Shown: in pieces, positions 1-11,277 of the stretch
Numbering within the stretch: the first letter of the stretch is position 1
Layout: each line of letters begins with the position of its first letter
DNA from: an uncultured Gemmatimonadales bacterium
GTDB taxonomy: Bacteria; Gemmatimonadota; Gemmatimonadetes; Gemmatimonadales; Gemmatimonadaceae
Reading direction: 5' to 3'
DNA: 64,000 nt
Assembly (NCBI GenBank): GCA_963850905.1
Contig: CAWKMU010000003.1
Location: 576,001 to 640,000 of the forward strand
Made by a program: the position numbers and the translations under genes
The notes under the pieces: generated by a model
Told to the model about the DNA's origin: nothing
The model's database searches: none
Seen by the model: the letters and a program-made list of their open reading frames with translations, nothing else

Positions 1-86
1 GCCAGCTCCCGAAGGAGAACGCCTAGTCCACGACGCCCGCCGGTTGGGCTCGTTTGGCCGTTGGAGAGCTGTACTTCGCGGTCCAT
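1..86 (-). CDS. 5' part of a probable phage-holin-family/DUF1469-like membrane protein, truncated by the window edge
   Basis: Manual translation from ATG at 86 gives MDREVQLSNGQTSPTGGRRGLGVLLRELA, with a GGGGGA RBS. It follows a DUF883-like gene, a typical pairing. Confidence 0.45.
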   Translation of the reverse strand, partial: MDREVQLSNGQTSPTGGRRGLGVLLREL

Positions 87-115
87 TGGCTCCCCCTGTC
101 ACCCGGGCCGAGTAG

Positions 116-586
116 CTAGTCCGACAGCGACCGACCGAGGAGGTAGCCTATGCCAAGGGCGATGAGCAGGGTGCGAACGGGATGCCTCTGCACTTGCTGC
201 ACGACGTTGTCGCCAAAGTCGCCGACGTCCCGGCGGCGCAGCCACCCGGCGGTCCGCTCCATTCGGGTCGCCACCGTGTCCGAGTAGTTCTGCAGGCGCT
301 GCGTCGCAGCGGCTCCCAGGTCCGACGTGGCCGCGGCGACGCGCTCCGCGCCCTCGCGCGTACGCGAGCGGAGCGAGCCGGCGCCCGTTTCGAGCTTGTC
401 GGCGATCGACGACTTCGTGTCGTTGATCTTGTCCTTGGCGTCGCGTAGAGGTTCAGCCCGCGCGCTCCGCGGGGCGCCCGCCGCGCTGCCGGCCTGGATT
501 GCTTCAGCTCCACCTTGCGCCCCAGTCCTGCCGGCGTCCATCGCGCCGCGCTCGGACCTGCCGCCTTGCTGCTCGGTACGCTCCAC
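116..586 (-). CDS. DUF883/ElaB/YqjD-like tail-anchored protein
   Basis: Helical charged body with C-terminal VQRHPVRTLLIALGIGYLLGR motif. AAGGGG RBS before the GTG start. Confidence 0.7.
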   Translation of the reverse strand: MERTEQQGGRSERGAMDAGRTGAQGGAEAIQAGSAAGAPRSARAEPLRDAKDKINDTKSSIADKLETGAGSLRSRTREGAERVAAATSDLGAAATQRLQNYSDTVATRMERTAGWLRRRDVGDFGDNVVQQVQRHPVRTLLIALGIGYLLGRSLSD

Positions 587-618
587 GTGTCACCCCCTTG
601 TAAGTGACCGCATGACGC

Positions 619-634
619 TGCACGCTGCATGCCG
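619..634 (-). promoter_or_regulatory. Possible sigma-54 (-24/-12) promoter for the DUF883 operon
   Basis: Minus strand reads CGGCATGCAGCGTGCA, i.e. GG-N10-GC spacing, about 33 bp upstream of the start codon. Confidence 0.3.
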
Positions 635-669
635 GGCCGTTGGGACGGCCGTTGGCCGTCGCAACGAGC

Positions 670-773
670 CAGAAAGTAGAAAGTAGACAAAGACGACACC
701 GGCGAACGCCTCCGGGTGGCGGCGGGCGATGTCGGCCTTTGTCTACTTTCTACTTTCTGTGGTTCTACTCTCT
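670..773. repeat. AGAAAGT-heptamer inverted-repeat element
   Basis: CAGAAAGTAGAAAGTAGACAAAG (670-692) is the perfect reverse complement of 737-759. Related arms occur at 54029-54061 and 59094-59130. Confidence 0.9.
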
Positions 774-3700
774 AGGCAGGTCGCCCGCGCCGTGCGCGGA
801 CGACCAGCGTCGGTACGACGAACAGGGTGATGGGAGTCGACAACGCCAGGCCGCCGATCACGGCGATCGCCAGCGGGCGTTGCAGCTCGCTCCCGGCGCC
901 GAGACCCAGCGCCAAGGGCAGGAGACCAAACAGCGTGCAGAGAGTGGTCATGAGGATCGGCCGGAGACGCGTCCGGGCCGCCTCGCGGATCGCCACCTCC
1001 AGCGAAACGCCCTCCGTCCGCATCCGCAAGCGGGTGAAGTCGAGCAGGATGATGCCGTTCTTCACGATGAGCCCCACCAGCAGGATCAGCCCCATGTATG
1101 ACGAGACGTTGAACGGCGTCCGCGTCACCAGTAGTAGCACGATCGCCCCGACGAAGGAGATGGGTGCCGCGAGCACGATGACGAGCGGCTCGACGAACGA
1201 TTGGAACTGAATCACCATCACGGCGACGACGCTCACACACAGCGAGCGCAAGAACGACCAGCAAGGCACGAAATGCCGCCTGTTGTCCAGCGTACTGACC
1301 GCCGAGCTCGACTCGAATGCCGGGCGGCGGCGGGTGCGCGGCCAGCACGCGCTTCACGTCGGTCATCACGTCGCCCAAGGAGCGTTGATCGACGTCCGCC
1401 GTCATTGTGATCATCTGCTGCTGATTCTCGCGTGTCAGCTCGCTCCGCGAGTCCAACGACCGAACCGAGGCGACGGCGCTGAGCGGCGTCGGACGCCGCG
1501 CCTGTCCCATGATCGGGGAGCGAACCCAGTCGCAATGCGTCGTACCGTACCGAGTCGGGCGCGCGGACCCGCACGTCGATCGCGCGGTCGTCCAGCCGGA
1601 TCTCACCGGCATCCACCCCCAACAGCGATCCGCTCACGTCGGCCCCAACCTGCTGCGGCGTCATGCCGATGCGCGCCGCCTCGGGGCCACTGACCCGGAG
1701 ATACATCTCGGCCGACGGTTCACTCACACCGGAGTACAGATCGGCCAGACCGTCAACTTTTTGCATCGGCGCGGCAAGCGCCGTCGCGTAGGTCTCGAGC
1801 TGGTCGAGCTGCTCTCCGTACATCTTGATCTCGACGGCCCGTGCTGCGCCCTCCAGATCGTTGATGAGGTCGGTGAGAATCTCCACGAATTCGATGTGCA
1901 GCCGGGGGACGGCCCGTGCGACCTGCACGCGCACATCGTCGATCACTTGATCGGTGCTGCGCGACCGCTGGCTCGCCGGCGCGAGCCGGGCGACGATGTC
2001 ACCACGGTTCTGCAAGGTCGCGAACAGCCCGAGCTCGGCCCCCGTCCGGCGCGATGTGCCGACGATCTCCGGCGTCGACATCAGGATGCGCTCGATCGTG
2101 TGCACCTGGCGGTCCGTCTCCGCCAGCGCGGTCCCGCCCGGACTCAGGTAGTCGAGCACAAAGGCGCCCTCATCCATCTCGGGCAGAAACCCGGTGCCGA
2201 CGAACTGGTAGGCGACGATCCCGCCGACAACGAGCAGGGCGGCGGCCGCGACGACGAGCCACGGCCGATGCAGGACACGGCCGAGCGCCGCCTCGTACCG
2301 GTCAGCCAGGCCATCGACGAATCGGCTGGCCCGAGCCAGCACCCCCCGCGCCTCCCGAGGCGCACCTTCGGCGTCGGCCGCCGTCACGAACCGGGCCGCG
2401 AGCAGCGGAATGATCGTCAGCGCGAGCCCCAGTGACACCAGCACGGCGATCGTCAGCGTGATCGACAAGGCAATGAAGAACTGACCGACGACACCCTCGA
2501 GCAGACCGAGGGGAAGGAACACGACGACGGTCGTGATCGTCGACGTCGTGACAGGCCAGATCAGCTCCTGCACGGCATCACGCACCGCCGAGCGGCGATC
2601 CGGGCTGAACGTCGAGATGTCGGGCGATGTTTTCCGTGATCACGACCGCGTCATCGATCACAAGACCAATGGCGATCGCCATCGCGCCCAGCGTCATCAG
2701 GTTGAAGGTCTGCCCGACCAGGCGCATGACGAACACCGTGATCGCCAGTGTCAGCGGGATCGACGTCGCGCTGATGGCCGTGATCACCCCATGGCGCAGA
2801 AACACCAGCAAGATCACGATCGCAAGCGCCGCGCCGACGAGCATCGCGTCACGGACGGAAGTGACGGCGTCGCGGACGAGCGCCGCCTGGTCGTAGACCG
2901 CCTTGAGATGCGACCCTGGCGGAAGGGTCGGCGCGAGCGCGCGCATCACTCCCGCGACGCTGTCCGCGACCGCGACCGTGTTGCCGCCGATCTGACGCGA
3001 GACGTTGATGAGCGCCGCCGGCTTCCCGTCGCCGGCGACCACGTGCGTGTGATCCTCCGTCCCCATCCCCACCCGGCACAGGTCCCGCACGCGCAACCCC
3101 GCGCCCGCCGTCGGCGTGACCACGACATTGGCGATGTCGTCGGGGCTGTGCGCTTCGGCATCCGTGACGACGAGGTACTGCTTGTAGTTCTGTGCCAGTC
3201 GACCGACGGCATCGACCGATGTGGCCTGCTTGATCGCCGCCGCGACATCGTCGTAGGAGATGCCCTGGCCGGCCAGTCGATCGGGATCGCAGACCACTTC
3301 GACCTCGCGCACATCGGTGCCCTGGACCTCGACCCGGCCCACGCCCGGCACGCGCGAGACGACCGGCTTGATCTGGTAGCGCGCGACATCGTACAACGTC
3401 GCGGCATCCCCGCCCTCGAGGTTGTACGACAGGATCGGGAACAGCGACGGCGTGAGGCGCTCCACCTCGATGTCGAGGCCGGGTGGCAAATCCGCGCGCA
3501 CTTCGTTCACGCGCGCCTGGACGAGCTGTAGCGCGTAGATCATGTCGGTGCGCGGCGCGAACGTGATGTTCGTCTCGACGGCGCCGCGAATCGATCGCGT
3601 CTGGACTCGAATGACTCCCGGCACGACGCTCACCGCTTCCTCGATCGGCCGCGTGATGCTGAAGACCACCTGGCGCGCCCCGAGCGTGGAGCCTTGCGCG

Positions 3701-3843
3701 ACGATCGTCACGCGCGGAAAGGTGAGCTCCGGGTAGATCGCCGAGGGGAGGCGCGTTGCGGCCCACAGCCCCGCCGCGCTCAACACGCCGACGAGGAGGT
3801 AGATGAATCGACGTTGGGAGTCCAACGCATCGAAGAGTTTCAT
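772..3843 (-). CDS. RND efflux permease (AcrB/CusA family), split by several frameshifts
   Basis: ORF pieces 2578-3843, 1233-2585 and 772-1269 carry GLVIDDAVVITENI, GLIVKNGIILLDF and RLRPILMTT motifs. Confidence 0.9.
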
Positions 3844-5009
3844 TTGATCGGGACTACCTTGGCGCTGTCCTCGACGCCAAAGGCGCCATCGGTCACGACC
3901 CTCTCGCCTGCGTGCAGGCCGTCGGTGATCTCCGCCAGTGTCTCGGTCCGTCCCCCGACCGAGACCGCACGGGCGTGCGCGATGCCGTCTGGCCCGACGA
4001 CGAACACCTTGAGCGCGTCGCCATCCGGTACCAGCGCCTGCACCGGAACCGTGACCGCGTGCTGGCGCACTGCGGTCGTAACTCGCCCGGTCACCGTCTC
4101 ACCGATCATGAGCGCACGGGTCGGGTGCGCGATGTGCGCGCGGACGGGGATGGTGCGAGAGGTGGTGTCGAGCGCCACGCCCACCGCGACGACCACGCCG
4201 TGCCCGAGCGGCTCACCGACGAGTCCACTCTGGCCCGCAGTGACCTCCACAGAGTCCCCGCGCCGCACACGAGGCGCCTCGCGCGGCGACACACCGAGGA
4301 CGATATCGAGCGCGCCGGGATCAGCCACGCCGACGACGGGCGCCCCCGCATCGACCGATGCGCCGAGAACCGCCGACATATGGGTCACGACGCCGGCGAG
4401 CGGTGCACGCAAGGTCGCCAGCTCCTGAGAACGCCGCGCAGTCACGTCCGTGGTCTGCGCCTGCGCCAGATCCGCCGCCGCCTGGTCCACGTCCTTGCGC
4501 GCCACCACGCCGGCGGCCGACAGGCGTTGCGCCCGATCATAGGCACGTTGCGCAACCAGGAGCGCCGCGTGCGCACCCGCGGCCGCCGCGTCGAACGGGG
4601 CGCGGTCGAACTCCACGAGCGGATCGCCCGACGCGACCACATCCCCCGCCCCCACGTAGATGTGCATCACCCGAGTCGGCCCGGGAGCCGAGAGTTCCGC
4701 GTAGTGCCCCGGGCGCGGATTGACGGATCCGATCACGGCGAGCGTCTCGTCGAAGCGCTGCAGGCTCGCCGCGGCCGTCTTCGCGCCCACGACGGGTGCG
4801 GGAGCGGCATCCTCCTCTCCACCCTTGGACACCTCTTCCTTGGCCGCGTCTTCGCCCGCCGGCTTCTCGCGGGTCGAGTCCGAATCGGCTGATGCCGTCG
4901 CGAGAGTGGCGGCCTTGGCGGCGCCATCCTCGGCGGGCTTCCCGCGTCCGCACGCCGAGACGAGGACGGCGGCGAGGCACGCGATCGATGGAACGAGACG
5001 GTGAGTCAT
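3840..5009 (-). CDS. RND efflux periplasmic adaptor (MFP) lipoprotein
   Basis: Lipobox VSAC, lipoyl/hairpin motifs (LRAPLAGVV) and C-terminal GLHAGERVVTDGA. 4-bp overlaps with neighbours. Confidence 0.9.
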   Translation of the reverse strand: MTHRLVPSIACLAAVLVSACGRGKPAEDGAAKAATLATASADSDSTREKPAGEDAAKEEVSKGGEEDAAPAPVVGAKTAAASLQRFDETLAVIGSVNPRPGHYAELSAPGPTRVMHIYVGAGDVVASGDPLVEFDRAPFDAAAAGAHAALLVAQRAYDRAQRLSAAGVVARKDVDQAAADLAQAQTTDVTARRSQELATLRAPLAGVVTHMSAVLGASVDAGAPVVGVADPGALDIVLGVSPREAPRVRRGDSVEVTAGQSGLVGEPLGHGVVVAVGVALDTTSRTIPVRAHIAHPTRALMIGETVTGRVTTAVRQHAVTVPVQALVPDGDALKVFVVGPDGIAHARAVSVGGRTETLAEITDGLHAGERVVTDGAFGVEDSAKVVPIK

Positions 5010-6391
5010 CGCGACGTGGCGCTGAGTTTGAAGAGTCGCACCTCGCCGGCCGCCATATTGGCGGCCGCGAGATCGTCGACGTACTGCCCTAAGGCCTCGC
5101 GGGCACTGCGCTGCGCCTCGAGAACGCTCGGCAGCGCCGTGGCGCCTTCGGCAAACGCGGTCAAGGAGCCGGCCACCACGCGTTGAGCCGCCGCCAACAG
5201 CTCGCGGTCTCGCTCGGTGCGCGCCAGCGCGATATGCAACTCCCGCCGCGCCTGCGCCGATTGCGCGGCGGCTTCACGGCGGGCCAGGTCGAGCTCCGCG
5301 ACCGCGCGGTCGCGGCTCGCCGTAGCCAACTGAATCTCGCCGCCATTGCGATTGAAGAGCGGCAGCGGGATCGAGACCCCGAAGGTCGGCAACAAGAACG
5401 GCTGGGTGGGGTCCCCGTACTCGACTCCAGCCTGGAACGACGGCTGCGCAAGCACGGAGCCGCGGGCGAGCGAGAGGTTCGACTCCTCCGATTGGAGCGC
5501 GGCTTGGGCCGCGGCGACCTGCAACGGCACCTCGCTCGAGCCCGGGACTCCGCCCGACGCCGCAGCAGCTGTCGGCTGGCGCGGTGCGCCGCCATTTCGC
5601 GTGAATTGCAGCGATGCGCCGCCGGCATTGGACGCGAGCTGACTCGTGTCGGGCACCTCGAGCGTGTCGGCCAGCGCGACGACCTGGCGATCGGCCGGCA
5701 GGCCGACGATCGCCTGGAGATCCAGGAGCGCGCCGAGTGCCGCGAGTGAATCGGACGCCGCAACGTTGATCTGCTGGCCAGCGTTGACGCTCGCCAGCTC
5801 CACGTCCATGTCGCTGGCATCGCCCGACTCCCGGCGGATGACAGCGAGCCGTCGGAGACTGTCCGCATCGAGGGCGTTGCGGCCCGATACGCGCGCATGC
5901 GCGAGCGCCGCGAGTGCGCGCGTGTACATCGTGTCGACCTCGAACTGGGCCGCCGCCCGCTCGAAGGCGTACCGATAGGTCGCGGATCGGTAGTTCGCAT
6001 CGGCCGCGCGCACACGGGCGTCGCGGATCCAGGGATAGTCGAACGCGAAGTTGAGGATGCCGTGGTAGTGTGGCTCGTCGCGCGTATAGGTCAGATTCGC
6101 GACGGGATTGGGATATTCATGCGCCGTCCCCTGCAGCGCACGCGCCATGAGCGAATCGGCCCGCGCCAGCGCCAGCCGCGCGCCGCGAATGAGCGCAGTG
6201 TCGATGGCGGCCAGCCGCGTGAGGGGGACGAAGCTTTCGGCGCTGGAACTCTCGCCCGCCACCGCTGCGTTCCCGGCGGTCGCAACCGCCCCGCCCTGCG
6301 CGAGCGCCCCCCGCCCCGGAATGCCAATCAGGAGCGCCGCGACACCGAACCACCGCCCGCAACGTGCCGCGCCGACAGCGCCTCGAAGCAT
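5006..6391 (-). CDS. TolC family outer-membrane efflux protein
   Basis: Signal peptide, VSIPLPLFNRNGG motif, helical repeats and operon context. Confidence 0.85.
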   Translation of the reverse strand: MLRGAVGAARCGRWFGVAALLIGIPGRGALAQGGAVATAGNAAVAGESSSAESFVPLTRLAAIDTALIRGARLALARADSLMARALQGTAHEYPNPVANLTYTRDEPHYHGILNFAFDYPWIRDARVRAADANYRSATYRYAFERAAAQFEVDTMYTRALAALAHARVSGRNALDADSLRRLAVIRRESGDASDMDVELASVNAGQQINVAASDSLAALGALLDLQAIVGLPADRQVVALADTLEVPDTSQLASNAGGASLQFTRNGGAPRQPTAAAASGGVPGSSEVPLQVAAAQAALQSEESNLSLARGSVLAQPSFQAGVEYGDPTQPFLLPTFGVSIPLPLFNRNGGEIQLATASRDRAVAELDLARREAAAQSAQARRELHIALARTERDRELLAAAQRVVAGSLTAFAEGATALPSVLEAQRSAREALGQYVDDLAAANMAAGEVRLFKLSATSR

Positions 6392-6426
6392 GCGGGAACG
6401 CTAGCCGGGTGTAGCTGTCAGGAGCA

Positions 6427-7827
6427 TTACATGGGGCCGGGCACGGGAGAGGGAGAAAACCGAATCGTCACCTGCGTCCCGCTAGCAGGGGTCGAGACGA
6501 CGTCGATGCTCGCGCCATGCGCGTCCGCGATCCATCGGGCGATCGATAGACCCAGACCCGCGCCGTCGCCTCTCGCCCGCGCGTCACCCCCCCGATAGAA
6601 CCGATCGAAGATGTGGGCGAGGTCGTCCGCCGGAATGCCGATCCCCGTGTCCTCCACGAGAATCAGCGCCGAACGGCCACCGTCGGCACGCACCCGCAGC
6701 GACACGCGCCCGCCGGCGGGCGTGAACTTGATCGCGTTGTCCAGCACGATCACGATCAGCTGGCGTAGCAGCAGGGGGTCCGCCTCGACCGCGGCCTCCT
6801 CGAATTCAGGCACCGCGAGCTCCACGCCGCGCCGCTCGGCCAGCACGCGCACCCCGTCGACCGCGTCGAGCGCCATGTCGTCGAGATACACGCGCTCACG
6901 GACGATGGGCCGCTCCCCCGCGTCTGCCCGCGCGAGGGTCAGCAGGTCGTCGACGATACTCCCGATCCGTTCAGCCTCGACACCGACCGCCTCCAACGCC
7001 GCCGCGTACGCCGCCGGGTCGCGCTCACGCTGGAGCGCCACTTCAGCACGGCTCCGCAACACCGCGACCGGCGTGCGCAACTCGTGCGCGGCGTCGGCCA
7101 TGAACTGCCGCATCTGCGCCATGGTCCGCTCGATCGGCGCAGTCGACTTGCCCGCCAGGAACCAGCCACCCGCGGCAACGAGGAGCAACGCCGCAGCCGC
7201 ACCGCCGGCCAACGCCGCGATGAGCGACGCGTAGCGATCCTCGAGCTCCACCCGATCCGCGACCGCCGCAGCGACATAGCGATGGCCACTCGCGAGCGTG
7301 AAGCGCTCGGCATGCACCTGGAAGTCGCGCTCGCCTCGTTCCCGACTCGTCCGCTTGAAATGTCGATCGGCCTGTCCTTCTTGCGCAGTCGCGGCCAGCG
7401 CGGCGACCGCCGTGATCGTGGAGTCCGCCTGGGCGGGCGTGAGCGGGCGGCCCGCCGAATCGAACAGATAGAGCGCACGCCCCGGAATGGTCAGCTCTTG
7501 CACCGCGTCCGCAGCGCCCTTGGCCGATACGGCCTCCACCTCGCGGATCCCCGTCGCCTGCGCGATCGCGCGCGTCGCCGCGTGCAGCGACGTCTCGAGA
7601 TCCGCCGCGATCTGGTGCGCGATCGCCGCGAAGAGCGCGGTGCCGAGCATGAGGAGAATGAGCGCGAACGTCCCGACGTACCACGCCGTCAGCCGCAGCC
7701 GTAGCCCGAGCAGCGCGCGCCGCGCGAGCGCGGCCCGCCCGGGCCGCGGCGTCGCATGGTCGGGCCGCCGCCCAGCAGGTGCGCCGCCCCCACCCCGCGT
7801 CGGGCGGACTAGCGCACCGGCGCCCAC
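6427..7827 (-). CDS. Sensor histidine kinase (CusS/BaeS-like)
   Basis: Two TM segments, H-box ADAAHELRTP, N-box LDNAIKF, G-boxes DTGIGI and GAGLGL. Start uncertain. Confidence 0.9.
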   Translation of the reverse strand: MGAGALVRPTRGGGGAPAGRRPDHATPRPGRAALARRALLGLRLRLTAWYVGTFALILLMLGTALFAAIAHQIAADLETSLHAATRAIAQATGIREVEAVSAKGAADAVQELTIPGRALYLFDSAGRPLTPAQADSTITAVAALAATAQEGQADRHFKRTSRERGERDFQVHAERFTLASGHRYVAAAVADRVELEDRYASLIAALAGGAAAALLLVAAGGWFLAGKSTAPIERTMAQMRQFMADAAHELRTPVAVLRSRAEVALQRERDPAAYAAALEAVGVEAERIGSIVDDLLTLARADAGERPIVRERVYLDDMALDAVDGVRVLAERRGVELAVPEFEEAAVEADPLLLRQLIVIVLDNAIKFTPAGGRVSLRVRADGGRSALILVEDTGIGIPADDLAHIFDRFYRGGDARARGDGAGLGLSIARWIADAHGASIDVVSTPASGTQVTIRFSPSPVPGPM

Positions 7828-7862
7828 CGCCAGCCTCGGAGGCCACGACGCCAGTCGGCGTG

Positions 7863-8531
7863 TCAGAGACCGAACCGGTATCCGGCGCCACGAATCGTAT
7901 GGATCAGTTTCGGCTCGAACTCGTCGTCGATCTTGCGACGCAGCCGGCGTACGAGCACCTCGAGCACGTTGGTGAACGGATCGTGATTGTCGTCCCAGAC
8001 ATGCGCGGCGATGGCCGCCCGGTCAACCACGATACCCTCGTGCCGCGCAAAGAACTCGAGCAGGGCAAACTCGCGCGCGGTCAGCGTAATCGAGCGCCCA
8101 CCCCGCGTGACATGTCGAGTCGACAGGTCGACCTCCAGGTCGGCCAACGCCACCCGTTGCGGCGCGATGGCCGGCCGCCGCCGTGCGAGCGCGCGCACGC
8201 GTGCGAGCAGCTCACGAAATGCGAACGGCTTGATCAGGTAGTCGTCTGCGCCGGCCTCGAGTCCGCGCACCCGATCGTCGATCGCATCGCGAGCCGTCAG
8301 CATGAGGATCGGAGTCGTGCTCCCACGCCCGCGCAGCGAGGCGCACAGATCGAAGCCGCTCCCGTCCGGCAACAACACGTCCAACAGGATAACCTCGTAC
8401 GACCCGAGCGCCGCTCGCTCGCGACCCCCCGCAATGCTGTCCGCGACGACCGCCTCGATGTGGTGCTCGCCAAATCCTTGCGCGAGGATCTGCGCCAGCT
8501 CGCGATCGTCCTCGACGATGAGTAAACGCAA
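7863..8531 (-). CDS. OmpR-family response regulator
   Basis: LLIVEDD...LLDVLLP...GADDYLIKPF...IHTIRGAGY. Probable TTG start at 8531 with GGAG RBS. Confidence 0.92.
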   Translation of the reverse strand: MRLLIVEDDRELAQILAQGFGEHHIEAVVADSIAGGRERAALGSYEVILLDVLLPDGSGFDLCASLRGRGSTTPILMLTARDAIDDRVRGLEAGADDYLIKPFAFRELLARVRALARRRPAIAPQRVALADLEVDLSTRHVTRGGRSITLTAREFALLEFFARHEGIVVDRAAIAAHVWDDNHDPFTNVLEVLVRRLRRKIDDEFEPKLIHTIRGAGYRFGL

Positions 8532-8548
8532 GGGCGAACTCCAATCGT

Positions 8549-8650
8549 GTAAGGGCGAGGCATTGCCTCGCCCTTTACTGCCTCTCCGCGAGATAGGGGC
8601 GAGACATGCCCTCGCCCTTTCATGGAGGGGCGAGGGGCGCCGCGCCCTTT
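8549..8650 (+). repeat. Cluster of degenerate REP-like palindromes
   Basis: GTAAGGGCGAGGCA-T-TGCCTCGCCCT followed by two weaker GGGGCGAG...CGCCC units. Confidence 0.6.
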
Positions 8651-8653
8651 CTC

Positions 8654-9097
8654 CTACGCGCGCGCCTCCGCCGCACCAACCGGCGCGCAATATCGGTCAA
8701 ACGCCCCCATCAGATCTCCGGCAATCGCCTCGGCCGTCCGCCCTTCGATCTGGTAGCGCTCCAGCATGAACACGAGCCGGCCTTCCTTGAGAAGCGCGAT
8801 CTGCGGCGATGACGGCGCATAGCCGATGAAATAGCTCCGCGCCTGGCGCGTGGCGTCGACGTCCTGGCCCGCAAAGACGGTCGTCAGCCGGTCGGGCTTG
8901 ACGGCGTGCTGCAGCGCCATCGCGACGGCGGGACGCGCGTTCCGCGCAGCGCATCCGCACACGGAGTTGACGACGACCAGGGTTGTCCCGCGCGATGCGC
9001 GGAGCGTCGAGTCGACCGCCTCCGGCGTGCGCAACTCGTCGACTCCGAGCCGCGTCAGCTCCCGGCGCATCGGTGCGACTAAACGTTCATCGTACAT
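8654..9097 (-). CDS. BrxA/BrxB family bacilliredoxin
   Basis: MYDERLVAPMRRELT...VVNSVCGCAARNARP...TVFAGQD...PSSPQIAL, with the CGC motif. Confidence 0.9.
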   Translation of the reverse strand: MYDERLVAPMRRELTRLGVDELRTPEAVDSTLRASRGTTLVVVNSVCGCAARNARPAVAMALQHAVKPDRLTTVFAGQDVDATRQARSYFIGYAPSSPQIALLKEGRLVFMLERYQIEGRTAEAIAGDLMGAFDRYCAPVGAAEARA

Positions 9098-9185
9098 TCT
9101 GAAACTCCTCAGAAGTGTGAGCCTACTACGCCGAAACATAACCGGCCCGCGCCGGCCGCCGGTCGCGGTGGTCGCCTTCCCCCTT

Positions 9186-10271
9186 CTACGACTGCGCCAG
9201 CGCTCGTTCCACTGCGTCGACGGTTGCCGGGACGACGGGCGCGCGCTCGTCGAGTTGCGGCGCGTACTGCGGGTCCTTGAGGCCATGACCAGTACACACG
9301 CAGACGCAGCGTTGCGCGGCCTGCGTAGCCCCATCTGCGACGCGTCGCCGGAGCCCGGCGATGCCGGCGGCGGAGGCTGGCTCACAGAAAATGCCCTCGA
9401 GCCGCCCGATTTCGCGGTACGCTGTGAGGATCTCGTCGTCCGAGACGGACACGAACGCACCCCCGGACTCGTGCGCCGCGGCGACCGCCGTCTGCCAGCT
9501 GGCGGGCCTGCCAATGCGGATCGCGCTCGCGATGGTGTCGGGGTGGTCGATCGGCCGTCCGCGCACGAGCGGCGCGGCGCCAGCCGCTTGGGCACCCAGA
9601 ATGACTGGCAAGTGCTCAATGTGACCGTCGCGATGGTACCGCCGAAAGCCCGCCCAGTAGGCCGAGATGTTTCCGCCGTTGCCAACCGGCAGCGCAAGCA
9701 AGTCGGGGGCGCCACCGAGCGTGTCGCAGATCTCATAGGCGGCCGTCGCCTGCCCGGCGATGCGGTGTGGATTGACGGAGTTGACGAGCTCCATCGGACG
9801 TCGATCCGTGAGCTGTCGCGCGGCGTCCAGCGCGGCGTCGAAGTTCCCATCCACGATGACCGCACGGGCGCCGTAGGCGAGCGCCTGTGAGACCTTCGCC
9901 CCGGCCACGCCGCCCTGTGGGAGCAGCACGACGGCCCTGAGCCCCGCGCGAGCCGCGTAGGCGGCGGCGCTCGCCGCGGTGTTGCCCGTCGACGCGCACA
10001 GTACCGTGTCGATGCCCCGCTCGGCCGCCTTCGCGACCGCGACAACCATTCCGCGGTCCTTGAAGGAACCGGTGGGATTCATCCCCTCGAACTTCACCCA
10101 GAGCTCATCGACGCCGACCCACCGCGCGAGCCGCGGCGTCCTGAGAAGCGGCGTGTCCCCCTCGAGTAGCGTCAGGTCGGGTGTGGCACGCGTGACTGGC
10201 AGAAACGACGCATAGCGGGCGAGGACGCCGCGCCGTCCGCCGCGGGGGCTTGCCGCCTGGAGATCACCCAT
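9186..10271 (-). CDS. thrC: Threonine synthase
   Basis: PLP motif NPTGSFKDRG, plus ASTGNT, PVGNGGN and EPASAA. Confidence 0.95.
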   Translation of the reverse strand: MGDLQAASPRGGRRGVLARYASFLPVTRATPDLTLLEGDTPLLRTPRLARWVGVDELWVKFEGMNPTGSFKDRGMVVAVAKAAERGIDTVLCASTGNTAASAAAYAARAGLRAVVLLPQGGVAGAKVSQALAYGARAVIVDGNFDAALDAARQLTDRRPMELVNSVNPHRIAGQATAAYEICDTLGGAPDLLALPVGNGGNISAYWAGFRRYHRDGHIEHLPVILGAQAAGAAPLVRGRPIDHPDTIASAIRIGRPASWQTAVAAAHESGGAFVSVSDDEILTAYREIGRLEGIFCEPASAAGIAGLRRRVADGATQAAQRCVCVCTGHGLKDPQYAPQLDERAPVVPATVDAVERALAQS

Positions 10272-11189
10272 GCGTCAGACCGCGCCCGGCGGGTTCGAGA
10301 GGGAAGGCGATGACGCCGTACGGCCCCGTCACGCGGCGGAACGCACCCGCCATCGCGTCCGCGATGTCGCCCGCACGTGACGGGTCTCCGACCGCGATCA
10401 GCCCGGACCCGGCGCCGGAGACGGTCGCGCCCCACGCCCCCGCCTCTCGCGCCGCGTCGATGGCCGCGTCGGCGCCAGGGATGAGCGCCAGGCGAACACG
10501 CACGTGGAGCCGGTCGCTGAAGCCCAGGTCGAGCAGCGTACGGTCGCCGGTCGCAAGCGCGCGCGTGAGCGCGGCGAGCGCGCCGAGATTGTGCACGGCG
10601 TCGCGCAGCGGGACGCGCTCGGGCAGCGCCGCACGCGCCTGCCGCGTCTCGAGCTCGACGCCCGGGGCCGCGAACGCGAGTCCAACGTGCTCCGACAGCG
10701 GCAGTTGAAACGCGTGCGGCCGATCGTGCTCGTCGCGCGCCACGGCGACGAGACCGCCCAGCAGCGCGGGTGCGACATTGTCGAGATGGCTCTCGTGCTC
10801 CTGCGCGAGATGCAGCACGCGCTCAGTCGACGCATCGACATCGCGACTCGCCATGGCGAGCGCGATCGCCCCGACGACGGCCGCGGCCGACGAGCCAAGC
10901 CCACGCCCGATGGGGATCTCCGAGTCGAGCGTCAGCGTGCCGTCCGTCGTCCCCGCGCCCATGATCTCGAGCGTGCGGCGGAACACGCGCAGAAAGAGAT
11001 CGTGCGTGTCCGGCCGGTCCTCCAGGGCCCGCAGCGTCCCCCGTCGCTCCACGCGTAAGCCCGCCGATCCAGGTGTGGGAACGAAATCGGCCGTGAGATA
11101 CCGCGCCAAGGCGAGCCCGATGCAGTCGAATCCGGCACCGAGATTCGATGTGCTGCACGGCACGCGGACGTGCGCGCGCCGTGGCTCAC
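10264..11189 (-). CDS. thrB: Homoserine kinase
   Basis: STSNLGAGFD, GHMP motif PIGRGLGSSAAA, HLDNVAP and SGAG. The likely GTG start at about 11189 needs a 1-bp correction; the intact frame runs from 11163. Confidence 0.92.
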
Positions 11190-11277
11190 GCGCCCCGCGG
11201 AGCGCGAGCGACGCCGGCTTCGCACCGGGCGCCTCACTGGGACGAGACAGCCGCCTGCCCTCGGTCCGCGCGCGGGC

